In this document: in pieces, positions 12,617 through 23,645 of the stretch
Position numbering within the stretch: position 1 is the first letter of the stretch
Layout of the letters: each line of letters starts with the position of its first letter
NCBI RefSeq assembly: GCF_033153115.1
Contig: NW_026889805.1
Coordinates: 14,074,001 to 14,138,000 of the forward strand
From: Saccostrea echinata
Taxonomy: Eukaryota
Direction of reading: 5' to 3'
DNA: 64,000 bases
Program-made: the position numbers and the translations under genes
Notes under the pieces: model-generated
Told to the model about the DNA's origin: nothing
What the model saw: the letters and a program-made list of their open reading frames with translations, nothing else
Databases searched by the model: none

Positions 12617-15600
12617 ATCGATCCGGGCGCATAAAAAAAATTGAAATGCAAGGTAAAGTACATGTATTTTATAACAACACAAATGTACGTAATTTTCTCA
12701 TATATTAAGGAATACTTTAACATATTTGCAAAAGGATATCAAAATAAAACAAACATAGTTGCACTGAAATTCATCATTTACATGCACATACCAGTATAAA
12801 AATCTTAATTAAAATTCCAGTTACAGATGATCCACAGGGTTCATAAGGTTTTCGAGCAGAATCATTCCAAAATACATTGGCTCCAGTTTATGGCACTTCT
12901 TTGGCTTCAGGAATGAATATCTTCAGAAAGCATATTTTTCAGACTTTAATCCTATTACAAAAAAGTAATGTGATCTTTTGTGTAGTATGACACTATGTAT
13001 TCCATTTTATGCTGTAGACAGGTATTTAATTTCTTAGTTTTAATTCATCTAAAAGTACAACAATAAGGGATAAAAAGAGTGCCTGAAAAATGTTTTATTA
13101 GGGGTTGCAGTGGATTTGGGGGAACTCAGACTTGGTTCTTCTTATCAGTTATGGGGGTCTACATGCATTTTTTTCCTGAGAGAGAGAGATCCTTTTCTGT
13201 TAATAATGCAATTCACGAATTCAGCTACAAGTATTTTCATATGAACAGAAACAGCTGAGAAAGGCAAGAATGCCTCAAATATTTGTTAAAAATGCTGATT
13301 GATTTAATCAGATTTTTGCTTGTTAACTTAAATGACATAATAAATTATCTGTGAGTATAAAATAATGTTAATAAAATTCGCTGCATGTATGTGTACTTTG
13401 GAACTGCCAAAAATATGTCAATACACGCGAGCAACGACATGTTGGAGAAAATTCGAACGTAGTGTAGCCCCAAAATGATTTATTTCGAAATGTCTTGGAA
13501 ATTTGGGCACTGAAAATTTAAAAAGCATCCTAAAGTACTTCTTTACATGATAAAAGGAAAACTAAGCTACGCCTCTAAACACTTGTTTGAACTGTTACGA
13601 AATGTAGAGCAAAACTTGTTTACATTTTTATTTTTAAGTAATTTAAGTAACTAAAGCTTGTCACGTCCTAATAAACTCAGAAAAAGACAACCAGAGACCG
13701 GGAAAATCAATACTTACAAGCAGTTTATGTGAAAAATCGTGTATTCGACGGCTTTCCATTTTTTTCCACAGGCTACGAATTTCGCACGTTTAGATGCGTC
13801 ATGGGCGCCGCCATTAAACATGGATACAGCCGTTACATGACCCCAATAACGAAGTGCAAGGGATCATGGGACAAGACTAGACAGTATCCTTAAAGATCTA
13901 CTGTTTAGTATATGTTGTAAAGGAAAATAAACTTTGATATGTCATAATGCTTATATACAAGAACATATTTAGTACTTATCTGAATGACCATAATTATGCA
14001 AATTAAATTTTGTCATGCATTCAACACAATCCACTCTTTGAATGTCTGCCAAGCAGAAAAACTTTGATTACTCTAACCCCCACCCCCAATCTTTAATTCT
14101 GCCTGAATGACTGCTGTAATGCTTGACAAACTCAAAAGTTTTGGCTTGGTAATAGGTGCTGACTTCACTAAAACAGAAAGTGGACCATTTTGCTTACACT
14201 GTGCCAAACTTTGATGGACTGCTCCTCCGTGCCAAGCGGACACTTATAGCTCGAGAAGAGGAGTGGAGGCTCGGGTGTGTCACAATTAGTCCCTACAGGA
14301 TTAACACTGTCAGTCCCATCAAACCCAAACCTGTGGCAGAAAACAATAATAAAGGTATGTACAAAATAAAAAGTGAGGGCAAAACAGTAATAATCATTCC
14401 TGTGGAGTATAAATAGTGAGGACAGGAAACAATAATAAAGATATGTATAGTATAAAGTGAGGATAGAAAACAGCAATAAAGGTATTCTAGAATTAAAACT
14501 GAGGACAGAAAAAGTAATAGAGGTGATGTCCAGTATAAACAGTGAAAACGGAAACGGTGATAATGGCATGTTCAGTATAACTTGTGAGGATAAAACAGAA
14601 ATAAGTTATGCCCAGTATAACTTGTGAAGATAAAACAGAAATAAGCTATGTCCAGTATAAATTGAGGATAAAACAGACATAGCTATGTCCAGCATAACTT
14701 GTGAGGATAAAACAGAAATAAGCTATGCACAGTATAACTAGTGAGGACATTACAGTAACAAGTATGTCCAGTATAACTTGTGAGAAGAAAACAGTAATAA
14801 AGGTTTTCCAGTATAACTAGGAAGGATTAATACAAAGATATTACCCATCTAAATAAACCGAAGAACCATACAAAGGTATATTATCCTAAAACCAGTGACA
14901 AAGACATCCATTTACAAAGGTAAGTAAAATTCCAGACAATGGACACTTACAATTGTTCTGGGTATGATCTGTCAAACTAAAACCAGTGACAAGAACACAG
15001 AGATGGGTAGGATCTGTCAAACTAAAACCAGTGACAAGAACACAGAGATGGGTAGGATCTGTCAAACTAAAACCAGTGACAAGAACACAGAGATGGGTAG
15101 GATCTCTAAAACTAAAACTTTTGTCAAAGAAAGTAAAGGTGTAGATATCAAACTAAAAACCAGTGACAAAGAATGGGAAGATATGTATGGCCTCTCAAAC
15201 TAAAATCAAGTGATAAAATGGAAAGAAATGTATTGCCAATCAAACTAAAACCAATGATAGAAAACACAAAGATATGTGTATATGTCCCCTAAAACCAGTG
15301 ACTGAGAACACAAAGTTTTGACCAATCTTACTGCTGACAGGGTTCGACACTAACGTTAGTCCGTTAGTCTCAGACTAATACATTTTCATTCGGACTAATC
15401 AAATATGTGGTTGATTAGTCCGAACGGACCAATAAAAATTTCTGAAAAACAATATGAATAAATTACCGATGTCCGATTCTCGACAACTTTTACTGGAAAA
15501 CCCCGCGTGTATTTTTAGATTTCTAGCTTTTGGCGGGTAGTTACGCAATGCTGGGTCAATTCAGCGCCTAATTTTTCGACTGATCGATATGAAGTATAAG

Positions 15601-16398
15601 GTTTTAGCGATCATGATTTAGTATGACACTTTTAAGAAAGATGTTTGACGTTTTGGATGTAATGTAAAGACCAAAAAAAAAAAAAAAAACCCGAGATCGG
15701 GAATACCATCGTACTTGCTGATTGCGAGATTTCAATGAATCTGTGGAATAATATATTTCACGTAAATACTTTGTTTATTTCAAAAAATAATACGTATAGT
15801 AATTGTCATGTTAAATTAATGTTAAAAATACTGATTTCTTTTTTTTTGACGGACTAATAAAATCGCGTGCGGACTAGTAAAAGTAATGAAGCACTAGTCC
15901 GGCTGGACTAAAGCCTTAAAAAGTTAGTGTCGAACCCTGCTGCTGACAGAGAATACAGTAGTACATGTATAGGTAAATTGGAGACCCTGTCACAGAAAAC
16001 AGTAGCAAAAGTATCACTCTGTCAAAGTTTTATACATTCAGATTATAAAACCACAGTGTACACTGAAAGATAATTTAATGAACTCTGCATGCATTAATTT
16101 TGTATTTATGTATTTCTGTTTTACAGACAAAAGGAAGTCGAGTTTAGCAGAGTTTTTCTCTCGTCGATCTCCAGATAAAAGAGCAAATAAAAAAGGCCCT
16201 CAACTGCAGGTTCTTCAGGGAGCAAAGGGATTCAGATACATTAATTACCAAAACAAGCCTCACGAAATATCTCAGAACCCCATGGATGCCCCCAAAATTA
16301 GAAATGCTGTGTTCTGTGCTGTGATATTGGAGGAATTTGTGAAAGAACTTGCAGCTTACAGCCAGGAGCAAGCTGTTTTAGCTCACACTGAAATCTGA
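3011..16398 (+). CDS. FHIP1: FHF complex subunit HOOK-interacting protein 1 (FHIP1/FAM160A family), 3' part of a spliced gene; 5' exons lie upstream of the window
   Basis: Exons with GT-AG ends and consistent phases: 3011-3166 (YLIPCTHVMVSQRR...CC), 5863-5961 (probable, 99 nt), 7016-7974 (ETNYYDYLEEARRQLESCAKACQRWAYPYDG, then Ser-rich region), 9721-9899 (GPFLMALFSKLDGMMQNSLPVNLLLTGLIARLASYPQPLLRSFLL...FQPTVKSLLQ), 14156-14354 (VLTSLKQKVD...), 16127-16398 (IRNAVFCAVILEEFVKELAAYSQEQAV, stop TGA). These blocks match recalled conserved FAM160A1/A2 segments. Confidence 0.92.
4200..5815 (+). repeat. Intronic minisatellite (~30-34-bp unit TTATTAGGCAGAGTTAAGGAAGTATAAATG) split by a mariner-type MITE
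   Basis: Units visible at ~4200-4500 and 5557-5815. Confidence 0.85.
4503..5556. mobile_element. Tc1/mariner-type non-autonomous element (TA TSD)
   Basis: TA|CGAGGGTTTTCCCAAAATTCCGTAGAC...GTTTACAGAATTTTGGGACAACCCTCG|TA. Removing it restores the minisatellite unit GAAG-TA-TAAATG. Confidence 0.88.
6060..6568. mobile_element. MITE with ~65-bp TIRs (CATCTTCGCTAGCCAAGGG...), 10-bp TSD; copy 1
   Basis: TSD TTTACAATGC at 6050-6059 and 6569-6578. A closely similar inverted copy lies at 24673-25224. Confidence 0.9.
8878..9442 (+). mobile_element. Degenerate Helitron/Helentron-type non-autonomous element with internal repeats
   Basis: 5' hairpin ACCCC...GGGGTATA, repeated CAAGTTCAAGGTCACT units, end TGTGCTCACTCACAGTACCTCGAGTT. 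The termini resemble the reverse copy at 55970-56415. Confidence 0.45.
9522..9607 (-). mobile_element. Internally deleted ~86-bp copy of the 280-1066 MITE family
   Basis: The reverse complement reads CAGGCCCGTAGGAAGCAATTTCAGTTTGGGGGGGCACAGCCAAACATTTTTCAGTT...TTCCTACGGCCATG. Confidence 0.75.
10895..11010 (+). pseudogene. Decayed RecQ-like SF2 helicase exon (motif Ib-II region) inside the long-TIR element
   Basis: LYFGHAGDLLSS...GTFIVVDETHCVFD resembles RecQ-family (S/H)PExL...IVVDEAHCVxxW. Confidence 0.55.
11167..11466 (+). mobile_element. Full-length tRNA-derived SINE (V-SINE/RUDI-like central domain), 15-bp TSD
   Basis: A box GTGGCGCAGGGGTTAG, B box GGTTCGAATCCC, central CCTTCGGATGAGAC...AAACCCAGGTCCCGTGT...AAAGATCCC, (CAAA)n tail. 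TSD ACACTGTAAAATATA at 11152-11166 and 11467-11481. Confidence 0.9.
12375..12636 (-). mobile_element. Short Helentron/HINE-like element
   Basis: AACAAGATGTGTTTGTGAAACAC hairpin end, GGTCA(C/A)AG units, GACA microsatellite, terminal hairpin ATGCCCCCCGATC...GATCCGGGCGCAT; A-rich flanks. Confidence 0.6.
14322..15320 (+). repeat. Degenerate 40-45-bp minisatellite starting inside the FHIP exon end/donor site
   Basis: Units GTGAGGACAGAAAACAATAATAAAGGTATGTCCAGTATAA grade into three near-perfect 45-bp units (AAAACCAGTGACAAGAACACAGAGATGGGTAGGATCTGTCAAACT) at ~14975-15110. Confidence 0.8.
15338..15939. mobile_element. MITE with 17-bp TIR CAGGGTTCGACACTAAC and 7-bp TSD (hAT- or P-like)
   Basis: TSD CTGCTGA at 15331-15337 and 15940-15946; subterminal GGACTA/TAGTCC motifs. 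Confidence 0.88.
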
Positions 16399-18169
16399 CC
16401 CCAGTCTGGAGTGATATTGTTTTTGTAAATTGTTAAGTGTCCAGACATATTTCTCTCTCTCTCTCTCTCTAGAGCACATATCAAATGAATCTAATTCAGT
16501 TATTTTGTATAATTAGACTAGGAGTCAGCCATATGATGCTTGCAAAATATTTGTCATGTCAGTTTTGCGTCATTATTTTTGTGATATTAAAGGCATAGGA
16601 TGTAAAGCCATGGATTAATTTTTTTATATAACTAATTATTGTGAAAATTAGCCAATTTTAATCATTACAGAATGCATTAATGATATTATCCTAAAATATA
16701 TCTAGATGTGGTGGTTATATCAACATACATGAATCACATGTACATCACAGACCTTACCTTGGTGCTCAGAAATAGATTATGTTCACATTGGTATCTAGAG
16801 TTTCTAACAATCTATCACAGCTTTGAATTTAAAATGTAACCAAAGAAACAGAAAATAGGTGTGTTTTGTTTTATTGATTACAGATTCTTATTTTGTACTG
16901 CATTTTCTTTTAATGTTGACACATTTTCTTCCTTTCAGTGTTTTATGGATGTTTTACAGACAAGATGAAATCTTGTGCTTTGTTTTAATGTTTATGGATG
17001 TACACAAAGTATTTTTATATAAGTGGTATACATGTACCTACATAATTATGAATGTTAAATACTATGCATATTTACTATATATGTACTGGCTTATTACTAC
17101 ACAGCTTGATACTCCTAGTTTTAAAACAAATGTTGACTTTGGTTTTCAGGAAATAGAGTTGTCTTACTGATTGGTTGTGAAGAGCCAGTTGTCTCTCAGA
17201 ATACTCATTTTGCTTATAAATGGAGTTTATATATATGTTAATTATTATTTTAAGAATTATTGAAGGAAAATACTTTTTTTAAGTTCATTAAAGCTGAACA
17301 TGATTCATAAAAGGAAGATGTTTATCTTTGTCTGCTGCATTTCTTTTCATTAATCTTTATTCCTAGAGCCCCTATATAAACCTTTAATTTGGTCATGGTT
17401 CAGCATCCTGTGTGGATGTATCCTACATTGCCATTGTAAAATACTGATAATGTCAAAATGAACAAATTCATGCTTCTTCCACTACAGAAGGAAAAGTTAC
17501 CAAAGAAACATGACACCAATTGCACAGGTCAGTGCAGCACAAAAAAAACTCAAATACACCTAAACTCAAACTCCAATAAATGTCAACAAAGGCAATGTAA
17601 GATATAAACCAACTCAGCCACTTGTCATCCATTCCAGGTAGCTGTGGCCAGAAAGCTATCAGGTGTAACAATTGCAAAGGGTATACCCAATGTTGATTTG
17701 GGAGATCAGAAAAATAATATGGATGCTATATAATATACATGAGTTGTGTTCAGCTTTAACAATTTAACATGAAAGGAAAACTTGCCTTAGAAGGAATATT
17801 ATGTAATATTTTACAAAGCAATATGTATCATGATTAAATATACACTCACTATGGAGACATGCACCTTTAAACATAAAACAGTTTGAACTGTTCAAAATAT
17901 GCTTGATATTTTTTCTACATTTAAGTCATTTCAATTTTGTACGTTTAAAAGATATAAATGTCAAAAGGTTTTAAAGTTATTATATAAGTAGCATGTTTTA
18001 TTGCCTTTAAATCATGCTTGTTAGAAATCAGGTCTGTATCTAGTCAATTTTCTTTATTTAGCAAGGATATATTTCATTTGAATTCTCATGTTTTCCATAG
18101 AAACTAAATTGGATTGGAATGTTGTTGCTTTTGTTCCTAAGGACACTGTTGTTACAATCTAACCTGCTA

Positions 18170-18367
18170 CTGAGGAATCATTTTAATTTATGGGGGCCAA
18201 TTTTCATTCACCGAGTTAGTATAATTTTTAGATTCATGGGGATGTAATTTGTTTTGGATTTATGTGAAAGATACAGTATATAAGTCAATATTGGTTGAGG
18301 CTGCAAATTCTTAGGAAAGGGGGCCCACAAAATCTGGAAACCCCATGAAATATAAATGTTTCCACAG
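18170..18367. mobile_element. Degenerate Tc1/mariner-type MITE (TA TSD)
   Basis: TA|CTGAGGAATCATT...AATGTTTCCACAG|TA. A related fragment lies at ~41220-41427. Confidence 0.6.
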
Positions 18368-19019
18368 TAATCACCATAGAATTTTCATTTAAGCCTGATG
18401 CTAGTTAAATTTACTGTTCTCAACACAGATTTTCCAGTCAATTAGCACTCTTGATTTAAATTATCAATGATTCCTGGATTCAGGGCAGTAACTTTGTCTT
18501 AAAGTTGTTGGTTTACAAAACATCTTAGATTCTCACTTCAAAAATTTGCTGAAAGTTTAAGTTTTAATTAAATACATATTCTATCAAAACATGACAGAAG
18601 TTGATTCCTGCTGTCCAAGTCAGATTTACAGATGTAATTTGTTTCCCTGTTATTGGTTGATTCTTTTTTTTCTTTTTTTTTTTTGATAAATAAAAGAAGG
18701 ATGAAGAAATATTTCACATGCAGTGTAAGAAATGTTTGTTATTTTGATTTATCAACACCAGGAGTTTACTTTTTACAAAATAAGCTAAAGATGAAATTGA
18801 TTTTTTTAAAACCATTTTCTATCATACATGGTTTCTTTTCATATAGGCTGGGCAATATCATCCCAACCCTCAATAATTATTAAAGAATGATACAAAAGTA
18901 CCTGTATTGTATTCTTTTCTTTATACATACAATTAATACAATGTGAGCTTTGAATTGTTCCTGTGTTGCTTACATTGGTAACATTTTCCATGTTATAGAA
19001 AATGAGGAGCCTTAGGTTG

Positions 19020-19990
19020 TGACGATCATGATCTCAGAGCCTATAATTAATTTAGGTGACCTAATGCTATCTCAGAGCCTATAATTAACTCAGGTGACCT
19101 ATTTCAATCTTGGAGCCTATTGTGATCTCATAGCTATAATAAAATCAAGTGACCTTTTGCTATCTCAGAATGTATAATTTATTCAGGTGACCTATTGCTA
19201 AATCAGGGCTTGTTCAAATCATGACCCCGGAAAAAAAAAAGGGGGGGGGGGGGTCTGGCCACAATGGACGATCAAAATTTACATAGAAATAAATTGGAAA
19301 ATTTTTAAAAATCTTCTCAAGAACAGCAAAGCTACGAATGGTCATATTTATTTGGGAGCATTCTCAGGTAGTAGATTCAAATTTGTTCAAATCAGAATCC
19401 CCGGGGGTAGGGTGGGGCCACAATGGATGAACAAAGTTTTTTAAATAGGAATACATAGGAAAAATCTTCTTCTAAAGAACAGCAAACCAAGGATTAGTCA
19501 TATTAATATTGAGGCATCATCAGGTAGTGTAGAGTCGAGTTTGTTTAAATCCTGAGAGTAGGGTGGGCCACATTTCAGGATCAAAGTTTTACATAGTAAT
19601 ATATAGGAAAGATCATTAAAAATCTTTTTCTCAAGAACAGCAAAGCCATGTATGATTAGTCATATTAATACAGAAGCATCATCAGATAATGTAGATTCAA
19701 GATTGTTAAAATTTATCAATAACCCATGCAAAGTAAATGCAAGGGGGGGGGGGGGGCAGAAAATAAAACATAGGAATATAATTTTTAAAAATCTTTTAAA
19801 GCTATTTATAGTCAAAGAAATTGAAGCATCCTAAGTTATAGTGTAAATGTAAGTTTGTTCAAATCATGCCCCCCCAATAGGTATGGATCATTTACATGTA
19901 TTTATTTAAACTTTTCAATACTGAACTTATTTCTGGTTTTTACTAGCCAAAGTGCTCAGGTAAGTGATTTGGCCCATGGGCCTCTTGTTT
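19020..19990 (+). mobile_element. Degenerate HINE/pearl-like element with ~165-bp satellite units
   Basis: Repeated AGGTGACCTA motifs, units TTGTTCAAATCATGACCCC...GGCCACAATGG, 3' box GCTCAGGTAAGTGATTTGGCCCATGGGCCTCTTGTTT. Confidence 0.75.
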
Positions 19991-20854
19991 AGCTCTTCTA
20001 GCCAAAGGCTCAAAGATGAATTTGAAAGCTATGTCTGAATATTTAAGTAGTAAGATGCCTAGAATCGTCAAACTTTGTCAGTTGATGCATCTTGGGTCCA
20101 TGGAGTGTGTCAACAAAAAGTAGGTCACCGTGACCTACTTTTGGAATTGCCATATTTAAATATTTTGGATTATAAGAGACTTATAATCATCAAACTGTCT
20201 CTGTTGATGCATTTTGGGTCCTTGGAGTGTGTTAAGCAAAAAGTAGGTCACCATGACCTACTTTTAGAATTCTATGGCTATATCTAAATATTTTGGGATA
20301 TTAAGAGGCTTAGAATCATCAAACTTTGTCAGTTGGTGTCTTGTTTCTTGGAGTCTATCAACCAAATTGTAGGTCACTGGCCTAGGTTTGGTATTTCATT
20401 ACTATATTTTAATATTTCAGATACTGATTAGCTTAGAATCATCAAACTTTGTCAGTTGATGCATTTTGGGTTCTCGGAGCATGTCGACTAATAAGTAGTG
20501 ATTGTGATCTACTTTTGGAATTTCCTGTGTATATTTTAATATTTCAGATACTTATTGGCAACTGTTAGTTGTTGCATCTTGGGTCCTCAGAGCGTGTCAA
20601 CTAAAAGGTAGATCATGGTGACCTAGTTTTGGAATCTCAAGACTCTAACTATATATTTAAAATATTAAGAAGCTTATAATCATCCAACGTTGTCAGTTGA
20701 TGCATCTTGGTTCTAGGAGTATGTTAGTCAAAATGTAGGTCATATTGACCTACTTTTGTAATTTCAAGATTTTATCTAAATATTTATGCTATTAAGAAGT
20801 GATAGGGTTGTACAATTCATCAGAAGAACGATTCTATGCCTTGGGCCTCTTGTT
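19990..20854 (+). mobile_element. Second HINE-like element with a different ~120-bp tandem unit, abutting the first
   Basis: Starts TAGCTCTTCTAGCCAAAGGCTCA. Six units of TAGAATCATCAAACTTTGTCAGTTGATGCATCTTGGGTCC...GTAGGTCACCGTGACCTACTTTTG. Ends CCTTGGGCCTCTTGTTT. Confidence 0.75.
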
Positions 20855-20859
20855 TAAAA

Positions 20860-21087
20860 AGAGACAGCTACCAACAAGTAAGTTGATGTTACAGGGTTTT
20901 CAAATATCTCATTTAAACTCAGCATTTTGTTAATTTTGTGGTCGGTATGATGACCTTGTTTGCAATGACAACCTTAAATTGGTCGCATATTTTGACGGAC
21001 ATGTTTCCCACCAGTTGCTGGGTCGTCGTTTTTATATCATTTTGAATATAGATTGTCTGTACAGAGGCCTCACAACGGGTGGGGATG
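20860..21087 (+). mobile_element. Penelope-like retroelement relic (RT C-terminal region)
   Basis: Degenerate frame KLMLQGFQISHLNSAF...GRYDDLVCNDNL. A related inverted fragment lies at 23490-23645 and a probable 3' tail at 22365-22500. Confidence 0.55.
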
Positions 21088-21874
21088 TAGTCCTGTCAAT
21101 TTAGCATGAAACATTAAACTAATTGCGACACAATATATTTTGTTACAAATAAACTGTAGAGTGCACAATATTTATGTAATAAAAATATAACAAAATTGGA
21201 TGAGGGGAAAGCATTATTTGGGCTTAATAGATTTTCTATGAAAATTACAAGAGGAAAGAGGCATATCTCTTGTCGGTTTCGTAAATTTTGGTTACATTTT
21301 GGTGCTTTTTCTACCTTGATGAAAAAGGAAGTGACATAAAATGTTCATTATGATATATATAAGTGCAGTAAAACCTTTTATAAATAAGGAATTTTCTTTC
21401 TTTTTTTTTGTTTTTTTTTTGTTTTGTTGATGTTGTTTTTTTGTTGTTGTTTTTTGCAAATGTTTAAGCTCACTTCAGAGTGTATGTTGCATTTCCTCAC
21501 CTTTTATAATAAAATTTTAGTTTAGAGATTATCAAAACATAGGTCAAACATAGGTCAATTTTTGTCTCAAAAATCAAAATTATGTTTTATATTACATTTA
21601 GTATTTATGTACTAAAGGAATCTAAACGATCTATGAAAAATGTTAGTATTTCCAAATTTAAAAAAAGATATGAAATTAAATTCACAGTATACGTTTCAAA
21701 ATGAAATTTATCCCATGTTTACCCTTTTATCCAGTGGATATCAGTCACTGGATATTTTTTGATATCCCACTGCCGTGTCGTCACAATGGGTTTTTCGTGA
21801 GAGTGATGAAGTAAAATAATAAAGTGGAGTCCTATATATAAAACAGTTTAAAACATTGATAGTGATGTGTAAAA

Positions 21875-22066
21875 CGTGGGATAAAAAGAATCTCCCATGA
21901 TTTGTGGTTGGATGTGCATGATTTTTATCCAATTTGTTGTGTGTTTTAAATTTATCCCTCGCCGAGGCTCGGGGATAAAAAAAAACACACACACACACAC
22001 GCAACTTGTTGGATAAAAATCATATCCAACTACAAATCATGGAAGATCCTATATTAATATTATCCA
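21875..22066. repeat. ~190-bp imperfect palindrome (foldback)
   Basis: GGATAAAAAGAATCTCCCATGATTTGTGGTTGGAT...TTATCCCTCGCCGAGGCTCGGGGATAA...ATCCAACTACAAATCATGGAAGATCC...TTATCC. Confidence 0.75.
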
Positions 22067-23489
22067 TTTTAAATAATAAGCTATTAAATTGCGTCCAACG
22101 AGTTAAAATCAGATTATGCTCTTTAAAAAATGGGAATTTTCTTTTGATTACTTCAACAAAACATTGGATGAATTTAGAGTTATGCCCTTAGTCTATAGTC
22201 ATTCCCATAGCTAATTAGATCATGTAAAAAAAAAAAATATGTTTTCGGCTCTTCATATTTTCTTAGAATTTACTTCAAATATTTTGGACACGTTAGATTT
22301 AATTTATGACAGAGTAATTTGTGTCGGAATAAGTATAAAGTTGGGTCCATATTTTCGCTAAATTGACTGGACTAATGTTTACTCCTCCTAGGCACCTAAT
22401 CCCATCCCTGGTGTTTCCAGGGGTCCGTGTTTTTATCCAACTCAAGATCTGTATTCTTCACTTGATTTTTGAAATTGATCACTGTTCGTTATCTTCACTT
22501 ATACATTGTTGAACACCAACACTCAATAAAAAAAAATCAGATGTAGACAGCGTTCTTCTGTATCTAGATTTCATATATTTTAACACTTTTTTTCTTAACA
22601 GTAAAATATTTACCATTGGCCCCCAATTCTGAAAAGTTTACACCAAAGCCATCTCTCCATGCAAACTGTACAAAAAATTCTAAAAGTGCACAAAACTTAA
22701 CTAAAAGTGCACAAAACGATTTTCCTATACTGTTAATGAAAGTATGAGACAATAATTGTAGTATTAAAACCGTAGCTCAGTATTATGATACTGCGTTAAG
22801 GTCACAAAACTATATTAAAGTTATGAAAGTTTAGGATAGTTCACAGGATTGTTATTACATCTTGGTTTAGTTTATCAAAAACATCTATGGTTTGCTCGAT
22901 ATATATAGTTATATTAACACATCAATTCATTTTTTTAAATGATCAATGTGTTGTCAACTTTATCTCTTTTAATTCTTTATTATTATCTTTTTCACTTAAC
23001 ATCTAGTATACGTGTATAACTATAAGGACCCCACTGGAAATAAGCCCTTGGCTTACGTGGGTTATCCTTGGTATACGAACATGTTTTATATGCATTATAT
23101 TATTTTTTTTTCTAAAATTGACTGATTCCGATATAGATATTTTTATTTTTATTTTTTAGTGTAAAACTTAATATTTATTTCTTAATTATTACCATGTCAA
23201 AAAAATGTATTGTATCAAAGCATGTAGTATACCAAATAAATATCTTTCTATCTACACATGTATCTATCTGCTCACTTTTGTGAAATTTCAATTAGTCCTA
23301 TAATGATTTACAACTTATAATAAACGCCCCTTGCATTTATAAAAAAAAAACTGTTAAAAGTTGTAGCCTTTCTGAGTTGTATTCATTTTGATTAAATTGT
23401 GAACATTGATCCCTGATAAGGTATAAATAACAACAATAAGAATTTTACCTGTAAAACAACACTTTCCATCGCTTTTATACATTTTATCA

Positions 23490-23645
23490 GATTGCTTTGC
23501 AAACAAGGTCATTGTATCGACCATAGAACTACTTAGTGATGACTTGATACTAGACTAATGATACCCTTGTATCATAATCTTATTTGTCAATACCCTGTCT
23601 TAAGAAATAGTTCAAGAGCATGCTCTTGCGTATCGAGTTCAGAGG
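23490..23645 (-). mobile_element. Penelope-like retroelement relic, second fragment
   Basis: The minus strand reads RYARACS...LTNKIMIQGY...FYGRYNDLVCK, with stops and frameshifts. Confidence 0.6.

Larger units (their letters stand above)
10233..13879. mobile_element. 3.65-kb DNA transposon remnant with ~465-bp TIRs, 10-bp TSD and a RecQ-like helicase relic (AcademH-like)
   Basis: 10233-10698 is the inverted copy of 13413-13879 (TAGTCTTGTCCCATGATCCCTTGCAC...). Flanking direct repeat GACAGTATCC (8-bp ACAGTATC if the ends are CTAG). Internal frame YFGHAGDLL...FIVVDETHCVFD. Confidence 0.85.

Noticed and set aside
14964-15203. Repeat-protein ORF (ICQTKTSDKNTEMGR)n
   Set aside because: A by-product of the 45-bp minisatellite; no convincing splice sites or homology.
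17430-17700. Possible coding exon downstream of FHIP
   Set aside because: No recognisable motif or consistent splice sites; likely 3' UTR.
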